A DNA stretch of 61,982 nt from Candidatus Aenigmatarchaeota archaeon (GCA_016193585.1 JACPRW010000002.1:1-61982), one strand, 5' to 3'. Shown: positions 1-9,468, counted from the stretch's first letter. Program-made: numbers and translations. Notes: generated by a model not told the origin, from the letters alone.

Positions 1-225
1 TATGTCCTGATATTATTTGCAATTCACCTATAGAAAATTGCGCGTTATAGTGAAGCAAATAAATAATACCGATATTATACATTTGCTTCACATATAGCAA
101 ACAAGGAAGTAATACAAGGTGGATTCCATGAATCCACCTGTACAGGAGAATCTTCGATTCGCCTCGTATCGTGTTTATTTCCTTGTATTGCTATAATACG
201 ACATAAGCTGCGCAATTATCTATAA
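1..225. repeat. Composite hairpin-module repeat, family A. Contains a partial gtgaattgca module, an aattgcgcg module, the gtgaagcaaat...atttgcttcac hairpin, and the acaaggaag...ttccttgt hairpin carrying an inner 56-nt insert with ggtggattccatgaatccacc and ggagaatcttcgattc palindromes.
   Basis: Same modules recur at 8209-8304, 25288-25478, 30528-30706, 33526-33816 and 47236-47439. Each module is an inverted repeat bounded by TATAG/CTATA. Confidence 0.85.
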
Positions 226-462
226 CAGGCTCCCGACGTCTCGCTCGTGAACATGGCATCGTGCCTTCTGGTCGTTCAGGATTCTCCTTTGAGGTGTGGT
301 GGGCAGTGACGTCCGTGTGTTTGGTCCAACCCATTTTTCCACTTTATTGTATTCATGACTATTGAGGGGCAATAACTTGTGGAGTATGTCCACACCTCGC
401 AGACGCACTCGGTAATACGGAAGTATCCCAAGGGACCTCACGGCTTTAACGGCATACACTTT

Positions 463-560
463 ATAATAGTAAAGAACATTGATTTTGGAACATTTTACAA
501 TGTTCTTTCCCTATAGCAGATTGCGGCTAAAAGTTCCATTATTATTACAATCTGCTATAA
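463..560. repeat. Hairpin-module repeat (aagaacattg hairpin plus gcagattg hairpin)
   Basis: Near-identical copies at 13878-13973 and 25288-25478. Intergenic and AT-rich in a GC-rich genome. Confidence 0.85.
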
Positions 561-633
561 GAAGCGACCGGATGGCAGTCCGTTCCATGTCTGTTCTTTG
601 TTGGAAAAGCGAGATAGTGCATTCCTTCACCGA

Positions 634-1695
634 TTAATCAGTTCGCTCCCATGGCAGCGCCTCATTGCCAATAAAGCTCGTCTGTGCGATGCGGTCAAAA
701 AGCTCCGCATCACGCAAGCGATATGCTTGTGCAAGCCATTCGGGAGAAAGATTTGTGATATCATCTCGGCTTTTCCGCAGCACTACTCTGGCATTTTTCA
801 GGTCAGCGTTCCAGTTCATGGTGACGAGAGGGTGCTGCGCCCCCAGTGGATACGTAAGGGCTACGCTGTATTCATCTGCTCCATGCTGTACTGCTTTTCG
901 AGCGAGCGCGCGTGCCGCGACGAGCCCAGAAACTTCGGGTTTGCTGCCATCCTTTCCCCACGGTCCGCCGCCATAATGAGGAATGGCCTCGCCATATATG
1001 CCACGTTTGGTATTACTGGTTCCCTTGTCAACAACAGGGCCGCCATTGACGAATGGCTTGACGATGAGGTCGACATCCTCTGTGCCGATTGCCCCGCATA
1101 CCCATGGAAATAAATCTCGGCGGAGCTCTGCAGCAGTTACGCCCGGCTCATGCTGCACGGCGATGATAACCGTTGGTCTGCCGTCCGCATAGACGACCTG
1201 GACCTTTCCGTCAGGCCGCAGGTAGGGCAAAAGGCCTGCGTCGAGGCGGCCAGCAATCTGTTCCGCAGCAACAACGGCACGCGGCAAGAGTCTGCCTGTT
1301 TCATTGCAGGCGTAGCCGATGACTGTTCTAGTGTCGCCAGCGCCGCCGTATTCTGCGTTGTGTGTCAGCTCAGGCGACTGCGGCGTGAAGTTTGTAGCAA
1401 GTTCAAAGTCGTCAGGATTAAAGCCCGTTGCTGCTGTGTACCCACATCTTCGGGCACACACGCTCACTGCTTCGCGTGCTCGATCGTTCAATTGTCGTTG
1501 AGACAGGGTTGTAGCAACGTTGCCAGCAATGTATACAGAAGCACCCTTCTTTCCGCCAGCGAGCATCGCGTCGATGTCGGCGCGGGCTGCAGGATTTTCG
1601 GCGAGAAGGTACGAAACCATTTGTGTCGCTACGGCATTTGCAAGCCGGTCAGGATGCGCCCGTCGCGGGACTTCTGCATTCGTCGTGTGGTACAT
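634..1695 (-). CDS. metK: S-adenosylmethionine synthetase, bacterial/eukaryotic MetK type
   Basis: Motifs GYACNETG, LPYLRPDGKVQV, GGGPWGKDGSKPEVSG and a C-terminal LPWERTD align to the MetK GHPD, GYATNET, LPWLRPD and GGGAFSGKD blocks. Codon usage is GC3-rich like the host. Confidence 0.8.
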   Translation of the reverse strand: MYHTTNAEVPRRAHPDRLANAVATQMVSYLLAENPAARADIDAMLAGGKKGASVYIAGNVATTLSQRQLNDRAREAVSVCARRCGYTAATGFNPDDFELATNFTPQSPELTHNAEYGGAGDTRTVIGYACNETGRLLPRAVVAAEQIAGRLDAGLLPYLRPDGKVQVVYADGRPTVIIAVQHEPGVTAAELRRDLFPWVCGAIGTEDVDLIVKPFVNGGPVVDKGTSNTKRGIYGEAIPHYGGGPWGKDGSKPEVSGLVAARALARKAVQHGADEYSVALTYPLGAQHPLVTMNWNADLKNARVVLRKSRDDITNLSPEWLAQAYRLRDAELFDRIAQTSFIGNEALPWERTD

Positions 1696-1728
1696 GTGCT
1701 ATCACCGCATCAATCTCCACATGCGGCT

Positions 1729-1736
1729 ATTTATAT
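1729..1736 (-). promoter_or_regulatory. Putative archaeal TATA box (tttatata) about 30 nt upstream of the metK start
   Basis: AT-rich octamer at the expected distance from the metK ATG on the minus strand. Seen in sequence only. Confidence 0.3.
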
Positions 1737-1837
1737 GAGGCGGTTTTTTTCTATGCATTTCAGAATAAAAATGCACGCAACCGCTCATTTCTTGGTGCCC
1801 TAAATATGCATTTCTGCATAGGAAAAAAACATGCGCT

Positions 1838-1935
1838 TATAGTTCTACAAGGAAAGATTCTGGATATCATTTCCTTGTGAACTATAGGTGAACCCAGTCA
1901 TAACATATCCTGATTATTTACTGGGTTCACTATAA
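1838..1935. repeat. Hairpin-module repeat (acaaggaaag hairpin plus gtgaacccag hairpin)
   Basis: Copies at 37945-38038 and 38957-39043. Variants at 5538-5779. Confidence 0.8.
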
Positions 1936-2154
1936 ATGCAAACAACTGCACGTTAGCTCATGTCCTACAACCCGATGTTCCGCATCGGCGAGTGCACCGC
2001 GCAGTGGAGCGCGTTCAAGGTGCTTTGGCTGCAGAGCCGGAGGATAGAGGGCATGGGTGAACTATTTCGACGTTGTGCAAACAGAAGACAGGGTGCGCCT
2101 TGCCGATGAGCTGTCACGGCAAAGGGGCAGAGCCATTCCGCAGGCGATGGTTGA

Positions 2155-2604
2155 CTACAGCGCGCCTGCAAGCGCGTAGATGCCCGCGCCGATAACCACG
2201 CCGGCAATGGCGTCGCTCCAGTAGTGCTTCTTCAGGAAGACACGGGAGTACGTAACCAGAAAGGCAAGCGCGAGCAGGAAAACTGACAGCGCCGGATTGC
2301 CAAAGCGAAAGCCCAATGCCGCTGCGAGAAACGTCACGCGCACCGCGTGCACGCTGGGGAACGACGACGCCTCGAACTTTTCCCAAAATGATGCGTGCTT
2401 CATCCGCGTCGGCCGCTCCCTGAAGCGCAGGAACTTGAGCGGCACGCAGACGGCGTAGATGAGCAGCAGGCCTTTCGCGAGCGTGACAAACAGTGCGTCG
2501 TTCAGGACAAAGGCAACGGCGAGCAGCACGATGTGCGTGAAGATGCTGCCGAACAACGTCACGTTCTCCATGAGCTCATGGAAATAATAACTGACAACTT
2601 TCAT
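2155..2604 (-). CDS. PAP2-family membrane phosphatase
   Basis: PAP2 motifs KxxxxxxRP (KFLRFRERPTR), SFPSVHA and SRVFLKKHYWSD. Several TM segments. Confidence 0.75.
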   Translation of the reverse strand: MKVVSYYFHELMENVTLFGSIFTHIVLLAVAFVLNDALFVTLAKGLLLIYAVCVPLKFLRFRERPTRMKHASFWEKFEASSFPSVHAVRVTFLAAALGFRFGNPALSVFLLALAFLVTYSRVFLKKHYWSDAIAGVVIGAGIYALAGAL

Positions 2605-2657
2605 GCAATCGGTATGGTCGCGTATATTTAAATGCTCTGTATGATAATTCTCTGTTC

Positions 2658-4622
2658 ATGAGGAAAAAGGTGATACGGCTCACAGCTAAAAAAATAAAAA
2701 AGAGAACACGTGTTGCAAAGAAAGCAGCAAAGCAGCAAAAAAAGAGCAAAAATTTCTACATCACGACCGCTATTCCTTACGTCAACGCAGACCCGCACAT
2801 CGGGCATGCGCTCGAATTCATCCAGACGGACTGCATCAGGCGCTACTACCAGTTGTTAGGCTGCAAGACCTTTCTGACGACCGGTGCTGACGAGAATTCG
2901 CTCAAGAACGTGCAGGCGGCGGAGGCGAAGGGCGTGACGCCGCAGGAGCTCTGCGCAACCAATGCCGAAAAATTCAGGAGGCTCGCCATATCGCTCGGCA
3001 TGGAGTTTGATTCCTTTCTGCGCTCCTCTGTTCCAGAAGCGCACTTTCCCGGTTCGCAAAAACTCTGGAAGCGGTGCGCCAAGGACATCTACAAGAAGAA
3101 GTACAAGGGGCTGTACTGCGTCGGCTGCGAGGCGTTCTACACGGAAAGCGAGCTGAAGGAGGGCAGGTGCCCTGAGCACGACCGGAAGCCGGAAGAGGTC
3201 GAGGAGGAGAATTATTTCTTCAGGCTGTCGAAGTACCAGAAACAGCTTGAGCGGCTGATACGGACTAACGCTCTTCGCATCATCCCCGAAACGCGGAAGC
3301 ACGAGGTGCTCAGCTTCGTCAGAAGCGGGCTTGAGGATTTCTCGGTATCGCGAAGCACCAGCAGGGCGAAAGGCTGGGGCGTTCCGGTTCCCGGCGACGC
3401 GTCGCAGATCATGTACGTGTGGTTCGACGCGCTCAACATCTACCAGACTGCGGTCGGCTTCGGGACGAATGAGAAACTGTACAATCAGTGGTGGCCGTGC
3501 GATTGCCATGTCATCGGCAAGGGGATACTACGGTTCCATGCGGTGTACTGGCCGGCAATCCTGCTTTCTGCGGGTCTGCAGCCGCCGAAAAGCGTCTTCG
3601 TGCACGGCTACATCACCGTCGAGGGCAAGAAGATGTCCAAAAGCCTGGGCAACGTCGTCAACCCCGTGGAACTCATTGACCGGTGCGGTGCGGAGCGGCT
3701 GCGGTACTTCCTTCTTCACCTCCCGGCGTTTGACGACGGCGATTTCTCGGAGCGGGCGCTCGTGGAGCGGACGAACCACGAGCTCGTCGAGAATTTCTCA
3801 AACCTCTTTTACCGGATAACCTATTTCATCGAGAAGAACTTCGGAGGCACGGTGCCGAAGGGGAGGCCCGGGAAAAACGAAAAGGCGGTGCAGCGCCGGT
3901 TCACGGAGACGGCAGCGAAGAAATTCACGCCTGCCATGGAATCGTTCAGGCTGCACGAGGCGCTCGGGCATGTAATGGAGCTGTCCACCGAACTCAACAA
4001 GTATTTCCAGAATGCGAAGCCGTGGGAGCATCCTCGTGACGGCACGCCGCTGTACGTTTCAGTTAATCTGCTCAAGGACATATGCATACTCCTCTACCCG
4101 TTCCTGCCGCTCACGTCAGAGCGGGCGCTCAAGGCGCTCGGCTGCGGGCGCGACATCAATGCTATCGGTTCGCTTTCGCTCAAACCGGGCCACCGTATCA
4201 AGTCAGAGAAACTGTTCGAGAAGATCGAGCATAAGCCCGCGGCCATGGCAGCTGCGCCTACGGAAAAGGCTAAAAGCTCCGGAAAGGAAACAATACGCAT
4301 GGCGCGCGGGCTCATACCGTTCGAGGAGTTCGCCAAGCTTGACCTGCGCATCGGCACGATCACCGACGTGAAGGACCACCCCAACGCGGACAAGCTATAC
4401 GTCATGCAGGTTGATCTCGGAACTGAAAAAAAGCAGATCGTCAACGGCATGAAGGGCATCTATCGCAAGGACGAGCTTCAGAACAGGCAGGTCATCGTCG
4501 TCTGCAACATGGAGCCGAAAGACTTCAGGGGCGTCAGAAGCGATGCCATGCTCCTTGCCGCTGACGACGGAACGCTCCTCGTTCCGGTCAAGCCCCTCAT
4601 AAGCGGGATGAAGGTGCGGTAG
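2658..4622 (+). CDS. metG: Methionyl-tRNA synthetase with a C-terminal EMAP/Trbp111-like tRNA-binding domain and an unusual Lys-rich N-terminal extension
   Basis: HIGH-type motif PHIGHA, KMSKS motif, zinc knuckle CVGCEAFY...CPEH, and a C-terminal domain (LDLRIGTITDV...). There is no alternative in-frame start before the catalytic core. Confidence 0.9.
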   Translation: MRKKVIRLTAKKIKKRTRVAKKAAKQQKKSKNFYITTAIPYVNADPHIGHALEFIQTDCIRRYYQLLGCKTFLTTGADENSLKNVQAAEAKGVTPQELCATNAEKFRRLAISLGMEFDSFLRSSVPEAHFPGSQKLWKRCAKDIYKKKYKGLYCVGCEAFYTESELKEGRCPEHDRKPEEVEEENYFFRLSKYQKQLERLIRTNALRIIPETRKHEVLSFVRSGLEDFSVSRSTSRAKGWGVPVPGDASQIMYVWFDALNIYQTAVGFGTNEKLYNQWWPCDCHVIGKGILRFHAVYWPAILLSAGLQPPKSVFVHGYITVEGKKMSKSLGNVVNPVELIDRCGAERLRYFLLHLPAFDDGDFSERALVERTNHELVENFSNLFYRITYFIEKNFGGTVPKGRPGKNEKAVQRRFTETAAKKFTPAMESFRLHEALGHVMELSTELNKYFQNAKPWEHPRDGTPLYVSVNLLKDICILLYPFLPLTSERALKALGCGRDINAIGSLSLKPGHRIKSEKLFEKIEHKPAAMAAAPTEKAKSSGKETIRMARGLIPFEEFAKLDLRIGTITDVKDHPNADKLYVMQVDLGTEKKQIVNGMKGIYRKDELQNRQVIVVCNMEPKDFRGVRSDAMLLAADDGTLLVPVKPLISGMKVR

Positions 4623-4675
4623 TGCGCGAAGCGCAAGACTATATTTTAATAGATTACTTTTCATTACTCCACCAT

Positions 4676-4804
4676 GGGCCTGTAGCTCAGCCTGGTAGAG
4701 CGCCTGAACATGTGGCGAACCTCTTAATTTGGCTGAAGGTTTTTGATTGACCTTTTTCCAAAAAGGTCAGCAGGACGTCGCGAGTTCGAATCTCGTCGGG
4801 CCCA
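4676..4804 (+). tRNA. tRNA gene with a roughly 56-nt insert (intron). Anticodon not resolved by eye.
   Basis: Canonical acceptor stem GGGCCTG/CGGGCCC, D arm GCTCAGCCTGGTAGAGC, T arm GCGAG-TTCGAAT-CTCGT and discriminator A. The anticodon region is interrupted by an insert containing a perfect 10-bp hairpin, tgaccttttt-cc-aaaaaggtca. Confidence 0.75.
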
Positions 4805-4900
4805 TATGAAAAGGTTTAAATCTATGTAATACTTATTACATAGCATATGTTCCCTGCCATTGCTTCGGCAAGGGCAGGCTTATTTATTTCTTAATCAATA

Positions 4901-5449
4901 ATGTATTTTATGGACAGCAAAGAACGTGTTTGCATCTTCATAGATGGAAGCAACTTCTATCATTGTCTTCGAAAAGACTTCGGAGACGTGAATGTAGATT
5001 TTCAGAAACTTTCTCAGGAATTATGTGGTAAAGATAAGCGTCTTATAAGAACTTATTACTACAACGCTCCGCTTGATATGAGTCGCAACAAGGAGAAATA
5101 TAGGAAACAGCAACAGTTCTTTGAGATGCTAAGAAAGATGCCAAATTTCAAAGTAGTTCTTGTCAGACTACAAAAACGTAAGATCGATGGAAAGACTTAT
5201 TATGCCGTGAAAGGGGATGACATACATATAGCTGTCGATATGGTTATGTTGGCTCAGAATAACTCGTATGATACTGCAATATTAGTAACAGGTGATGGCG
5301 ACTTCGTACCTGCTGTAGAAGCAGTACAGAGCTTCGGCAAGCGTGTAGAAAATGCATACTTCAAAACAGGTCATTCTTGGCATCTAAGTCAAGCCTGTGA
5401 TGTATCGACACTAATTGACAAGAATTTCATACAAAAGTGCATCATTTAG
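4901..5449 (+). CDS. NYN-domain (LabA-like, PIN-related) protein
   Basis: CIFIDGSNFYH, VKGDDIHIAVDM and LVTGDGDFVPAV blocks typical of NYN/LabA. The gene is AT-rich with foreign codon usage and sits just 3' of the tRNA. Confidence 0.7.
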   Translation: MYFMDSKERVCIFIDGSNFYHCLRKDFGDVNVDFQKLSQELCGKDKRLIRTYYYNAPLDMSRNKEKYRKQQQFFEMLRKMPNFKVVLVRLQKRKIDGKTYYAVKGDDIHIAVDMVMLAQNNSYDTAILVTGDGDFVPAVEAVQSFGKRVENAYFKTGHSWHLSQACDVSTLIDKNFIQKCII

Positions 5450-5537
5450 CAAGAATAAATAATCTACCAACCATGGGAATCGTAGCAGTTCTATTCTGAA
5501 CTCGTCGGCTACAGGTGTCGGGCCCACTTTTAATTTT

Positions 5538-5779
5538 TTATAGCTCTACGAGGAAACAATCTGGGTACTACTTCCTTGTGAGCTATACATGGTGAAACAA
5601 CGTTTCACCTGTACAGGTAAAGCTTTGCTTTACCATGTATGTGAAACCAGTTTTATAGCTCTACAAGGAAATAAACACGATATTACTTCCTTGTGAGCTA
5701 TATGTGAACCCAGAAATCATATCCAGATTCTTTTCTGGGTTCACTATATATGTCCAGGTTATGTGCTGGTTTCACTATA
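5538..5779. repeat. Cluster of four hairpin modules (acaaggaa/ttccttgt variants, gtgaacccag, ggtgaaac)
   Basis: Modules are shared with 1838-1935 and 37945-38038. The cluster supplies the stop codon of the 5759-6460 gene. Confidence 0.8.
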
Positions 5780-6460
5780 AGGCTTCAAGCCGTGCAACAT
5801 GTTCAGGGTATCTTTGCCTGAATTCTTACCCCGCATTTCTGCATCTCTCCTGCTTTTCAACACGTAAGCTCCCCAGAGTTCTTCATACGTTTTTTCAGGA
5901 GGGATGGCGAATTCTTTTCTGAAACCTTCCATGAGCATTTCCTGGTATTCTCCTGCATCACGGCCATCGGGCAATGATACCCCGCTTTCAGAAGTGACCA
6001 GCGAGAGGCACCTGTATGCTGTATGCGGCGCCCGTGGAATTCTTCTCGTTCCCGGATATTTGTGTTCCCTGTCCACGTTCGCAGCGATCCAGAAATCCAC
6101 ATCACGCGGATCAGCGCCCTCTACAAGCGTTGTATATTTTGGGTCAAAATCGATCTTGACGACACTTGAATCATGCCTGACCAGCCAATTGCCAAGATTC
6201 TGGTCGGCATCTTGCATGCAATATTTTGAGAAAGTTGCAACCACCTGCCCCATGGTATAGCATGTTTGGAGCATGCCGCGGTGGTCTAGTCCTCCTGTCA
6301 TGAGGAGCGTTGATAGCCTTGGATAATCGATATGAGCAAATGTTACATCCGGTCCGTAAAACTCCCGGAGGTCATCATCTATCCTTTCTATTGGCGGTGT
6401 TATTCCCCTTTCGCCTGTATACAGCAAGACCGGCACTAATTTCGTGGGTATTCTGCCCAT
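5759..6460 (-). CDS. Hypothetical protein
   Basis: 233-aa ORF with host-like GC3 codon usage. No motif recognised. Confidence 0.5.
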   Translation of the reverse strand: MGRIPTKLVPVLLYTGERGITPPIERIDDDLREFYGPDVTFAHIDYPRLSTLLMTGGLDHRGMLQTCYTMGQVVATFSKYCMQDADQNLGNWLVRHDSSVVKIDFDPKYTTLVEGADPRDVDFWIAANVDREHKYPGTRRIPRAPHTAYRCLSLVTSESGVSLPDGRDAGEYQEMLMEGFRKEFAIPPEKTYEELWGAYVLKSRRDAEMRGKNSGKDTLNMLHGLKPYSETST

Positions 6461-6532
6461 TTTACGAGAATAGGCGCTGTTTATTTAAACCACTATGTCT
6501 GAAAACGTATGGCAGCGGCTGTAGGTGCACTC

Positions 6533-6712
6533 TTACAGAAACTCAACAATCCGCACCATGAGGGCGTACGCCGCGATGAAGACGAGCAGGGCGGCGGCTG
6601 CGCCAAGCACGTCCCTGATGTTGAGGAACACGAATACCGCAGCGGCAAGCGCAACGATGAACGAAACAACGAGCTTCCACATCTCGCCTGACTCGCCGCC
6701 GAGTGGCCACAT
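6533..6712 (-). CDS. Small hydrophobic membrane protein (59 aa). Not in the supplied ORF track.
   Basis: Translated by hand as MWPLGGESGEMWKLVVSFIVALAAAVFVFLNIRDVLGAAAALLVFIAAYALMVRIVEFL. GC3-rich. Downstream of rpl37e on the same strand. Confidence 0.35.
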   Translation of the reverse strand: MWPLGGESGEMWKLVVSFIVALAAAVFVFLNIRDVLGAAAALLVFIAAYALMVRIVEFL

Positions 6713-6741
6713 ACGTATAGTTGGTTACGAAGAAATAAATC

Positions 6742-6978
6742 TTACTTCCTCGGTTTCCCCAGCCGTGCCGTCTTGGGCTTCATGTGCTTAATCTTCAGGG
6801 CCTTGCGCCTCGAGCGGTTGAAGGTTTTCCAGCGCCACGCCTCGTTGCGTATCTTCGCCCGCGGATAGCCGCACGCGCTGCAGGACGATTTTCTGATATG
6901 ATACGAGTGGCGGCCGCACCGCTTGCAGCGTATGTGCGTTATGGACTGATGCCTGCCCATTGAAGGAGTTCCTTTCAT
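6742..6978 (-). CDS. rpl37e: Ribosomal protein L37e
   Basis: C4 zinc ribbon CKRCGRHSYH...CSACGY and basic composition typical of L37e. Confidence 0.85.
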   Translation of the reverse strand: MKGTPSMGRHQSITHIRCKRCGRHSYHIRKSSCSACGYPRAKIRNEAWRWKTFNRSRRKALKIKHMKPKTARLGKPRK

Positions 6979-6992
6979 TCATGACACCATAT

Positions 6993-7340
6993 TTAACGCT
7001 CGTAAACTACAACCGTGTAATTAGGCACTGGTTCCATTTCAATGCCACTCGGTTGTTTTACATACATGAACATTCCTGCTATCTGGTCGTCCATGCGGCT
7101 AGGACGTACTCCGACTCCGCATGGACCATCGATTCCAATATGTTTTCCAGACCTTTTTAGTGTTGCCCCAGCAGCTGACGTACTGGATTTAAAGCCAGGC
7201 CATTCGATATGAACACTTACACGTCTTCCAAGGTAAGGTTCGAGACGCCTCCTTACTTCTTCTCTTGGCATCTTCCTGTTACTCTGCAGGACAACAGTTT
7301 CCCTACCATAGAAAGCTATGCTCATGCCAGATTTCCTCAA
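6993..7340 (-). CDS. Hypothetical small protein, possibly an RNA-binding barrel
   Basis: 115-aa ORF between the Sm and L37e genes. No secure motif. Confidence 0.4.
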   Translation of the reverse strand: MRKSGMSIAFYGRETVVLQSNRKMPREEVRRRLEPYLGRRVSVHIEWPGFKSSTSAAGATLKRSGKHIGIDGPCGVGVRPSRMDDQIAGMFMYVKQPSGIEMEPVPNYTVVVYER

Positions 7341-7346
7341 AATCTT

Positions 7347-7595
7347 TCATTCGCCCTTCTCAGGGGACACGTAGATGATGTTGTCGCCGCGCACGAGCAC
7401 CGTGCCGAGCATTGTTTTCTTCTCGTCACTTATCTGCTCAGCGTTCTCAAGCCACATGTTGAGGTGCAGGTCCATCGCCTGCAAAATGCCTGATATCTCG
7501 GTCCCTTTCTTGAGCTTTATCAAAACACGTTTTCCTTTGGCGTTGTTCAATACATCGATAGGTCGTTCCACGCAAAAACCTCCAAATCTCGACAA
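7347..7595 (-). CDS. Archaeal Sm-like protein (SmAP/LSm)
   Basis: Sm1/Sm2 fold signature: KRVLIKLKKGTEISGILQAMDLHLNMWLENAE...GTVLVRGDNIIYV. Confidence 0.85.
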   Translation of the reverse strand: MSRFGGFCVERPIDVLNNAKGKRVLIKLKKGTEISGILQAMDLHLNMWLENAEQISDEKKTMLGTVLVRGDNIIYVSPEKGE

Positions 7596-7684
7596 AATGC
7601 TACCATTATGCAGAATACATTTAAATAGTTAGTTTCTGTAATAAGGGATACGATTCCTTCATAACAGGATACGAAGGTACGCAT

Positions 7685-8128
7685 ATGGCACAATGGCGAT
7701 TGCATTCGAAGCGGAAAGCGACCGGCGGGCTACTCAGGCGCCGCAGCAAGAAGAAGCGCTACCAGCGCGGCAGCGATTTTTTGCCTGCGCACATCGGCCC
7801 GGCGAAGGTGCGGGAACTGCGCACGCACGGAAACAACACGATGCTCAGGGTTCTTTCCGCCCAGACGGCAAACGTTTCGGTGAACGGGAAAGCCAGAAAG
7901 GCAGCGATTACGACCGTCGCCGAAAACCCCGCAGACTCGCAGTTTGTGCGCCGGAACATCATCACCAAAGGGGCAATCCTGCTCACGGAGCTCGGCAGGG
8001 CACGGGTCACCGGAAGGCCGGGACGGGACGGCGCTGTGAACGCGGTGATAATCGACCAGGCGCCGAAGGCGCCAGCCGGCCGCGAGGAAAAGGCGGCGAA
8101 GAAGAGTTATAGTGAACCAAGTAAATAA
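7685..8128 (+). CDS. rps8e: Ribosomal protein S8e
   Basis: N-terminal MAQWRLHSKRKATGG...RKKRKYQRG matches the S8e signature. The stop codon lies inside a hairpin-repeat module. Confidence 0.85.
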   Translation: MAQWRLHSKRKATGGLLRRRSKKKRYQRGSDFLPAHIGPAKVRELRTHGNNTMLRVLSAQTANVSVNGKARKAAITTVAENPADSQFVRRNIITKGAILLTELGRARVTGRPGRDGAVNAVIIDQAPKAPAGREEKAAKKSYSEPSK

Positions 8129-8135
8129 TCAGTTA
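8108..8135. repeat. Half hairpin module (tatagtgaaccaagtaaataatcag) overlapping the S8e stop codon
   Basis: Same module as 29110-29165 and 22830-22853. Confidence 0.6.
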
Positions 8136-8208
8136 TTCTTGTCGGTAATTTAACGAGGAAAACGACCGAATGCTCTTCATAGACCAAAACAAAAGCCGCT
8201 TGGAACTT

Positions 8209-8304
8209 TATAGTGAAGCAAATAAATAATACCGATATTATACATTTGCTTCACATATAGCAAACAAGGAAGTAATATCGTGTTTATTTCCTTGTATTGC
8301 TATA
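8209..8304. repeat. Family A repeat, uninterrupted reference copy (module 1 plus module 2)
   Basis: tatagtgaagcaaataaataataccgatattatacatttgcttcacatatagcaaacaaggaagtaatatcgtgtttatttccttgtattgctata. Confidence 0.85.
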
Positions 8305-8376
8305 AATGCATTTCTATCTTTCCTTCCCGATTAGTCCCTTTCCCATCTCATGCTTTAATATCTTTTTTTTCATTGT

Positions 8377-9447
8377 ATGCCCATGAAACTGACGGTTTTC
8401 GACAGGGGTTTCGGCTTTTTCGACCTGCTGCTCGTGTTCATACCCATTTCTATCGCCTTCGCGATGCTCAAGATGACCAATCTGCTGTTCATCGCGTCCA
8501 TACTCGCCATCATACCCCTTGCGCGGCTCATGGGCAGGGCCACGGAAGACCTGGCTGTACAAACGTCGCCCGTCATGGGGGCACTGCTCCTGGCGACGTT
8601 CGGCAACCTTATCGAGCTCATCATCGCGGTGCTTGCGCTGCGCGCCGGCCTCGATTCCGTCGTGAAAGCCTCCATCACTGGCTCGATAGTCGCGAATCTG
8701 CTCCTGCTCATCGGTCTGAGCATGTTCTTCGGCGGCCTCAAGTACAAGGAGCAGCGGTTCAACCGGGATTCTGCCAGCGTCTCGTCGACGATGCTCATCA
8801 TCGCCGTCACCGGTCTCGCGATACCGACCATCTACGCACTCACGACTGCTGGCAGGGAAATACAGCAGATCAGCACTATGGTGTCCGTGGTGCTCGCTGC
8901 CATCTACCTGCTTGGCATTGCATTCACGCTGTTCACCCACAAGCACCTCTTCGACCCAAGCGACCGCTACGTGGTCGAAAAGAAGGTGCGCTGGAGCAAG
9001 CGGTTCGCCCTTGCCGTCCTTTTCGGCGCAACCGTGCTGGTTGCGGCTGAGTCCGAGTTTCTTGTGAGCACCATCGTGTCGGCATCGAAAAGCTTCGGCA
9101 TATCCGAGCTGTTCATCGGACTCGTCATCGTCTCGATTATCACCAACATCGCGGAAAAAATGAGCGCCGTGGGCTACGCGATGCAGAACAAGGTCGACCT
9201 TTCGCTGGAAATAGGCACGTCGTCGGCAATCCAGATTGCGCTGTTCGTCGTTCCCGCACTTGTCCTCGCGAGCAACCTCCTCGGCAGGCCGCTCACGCTC
9301 GTCTTCACCATCTTCGAGCTCGCCGCCGTGCTGTTCGCCGTCATCATCACCAATTACCTGAGCGCCGACGGCAGGTGCAACTGGCTCGAGGGCGCGCAGC
9401 TGATAGCGGTCTATGCCATCATACTCATAGTTTTTTATTTCCTGTAG
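8377..9447 (+). CDS. Ca2+/H+ (CaCA family) antiporter
   Basis: Two alpha-repeat regions with GNLIELIIAVLAL and GIS.LFIGLVIVSIITNIAE motifs. About 10 TM segments. Confidence 0.8.
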   Translation: MPMKLTVFDRGFGFFDLLLVFIPISIAFAMLKMTNLLFIASILAIIPLARLMGRATEDLAVQTSPVMGALLLATFGNLIELIIAVLALRAGLDSVVKASITGSIVANLLLLIGLSMFFGGLKYKEQRFNRDSASVSSTMLIIAVTGLAIPTIYALTTAGREIQQISTMVSVVLAAIYLLGIAFTLFTHKHLFDPSDRYVVEKKVRWSKRFALAVLFGATVLVAAESEFLVSTIVSASKSFGISELFIGLVIVSIITNIAEKMSAVGYAMQNKVDLSLEIGTSSAIQIALFVVPALVLASNLLGRPLTLVFTIFELAAVLFAVIITNYLSADGRCNWLEGAQLIAVYAIILIVFYFL

Positions 9448-9468
9448 ACAAGAATAAGATGAGCACCA

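Noticed and set aside
46-97. Hairpin modules considered as C/D-box sRNA genes
   Set aside because: No RUGAUGA/CUGA box pairs at the ends. Structure is a simple stem-loop bounded by TATAG/CTATA, not a kink-turn.
598-1803. Plus-strand ORFs 598-1113 and 1150-1803
   Set aside because: Antisense to metK, whose minus-strand frame carries clear MetK motifs.
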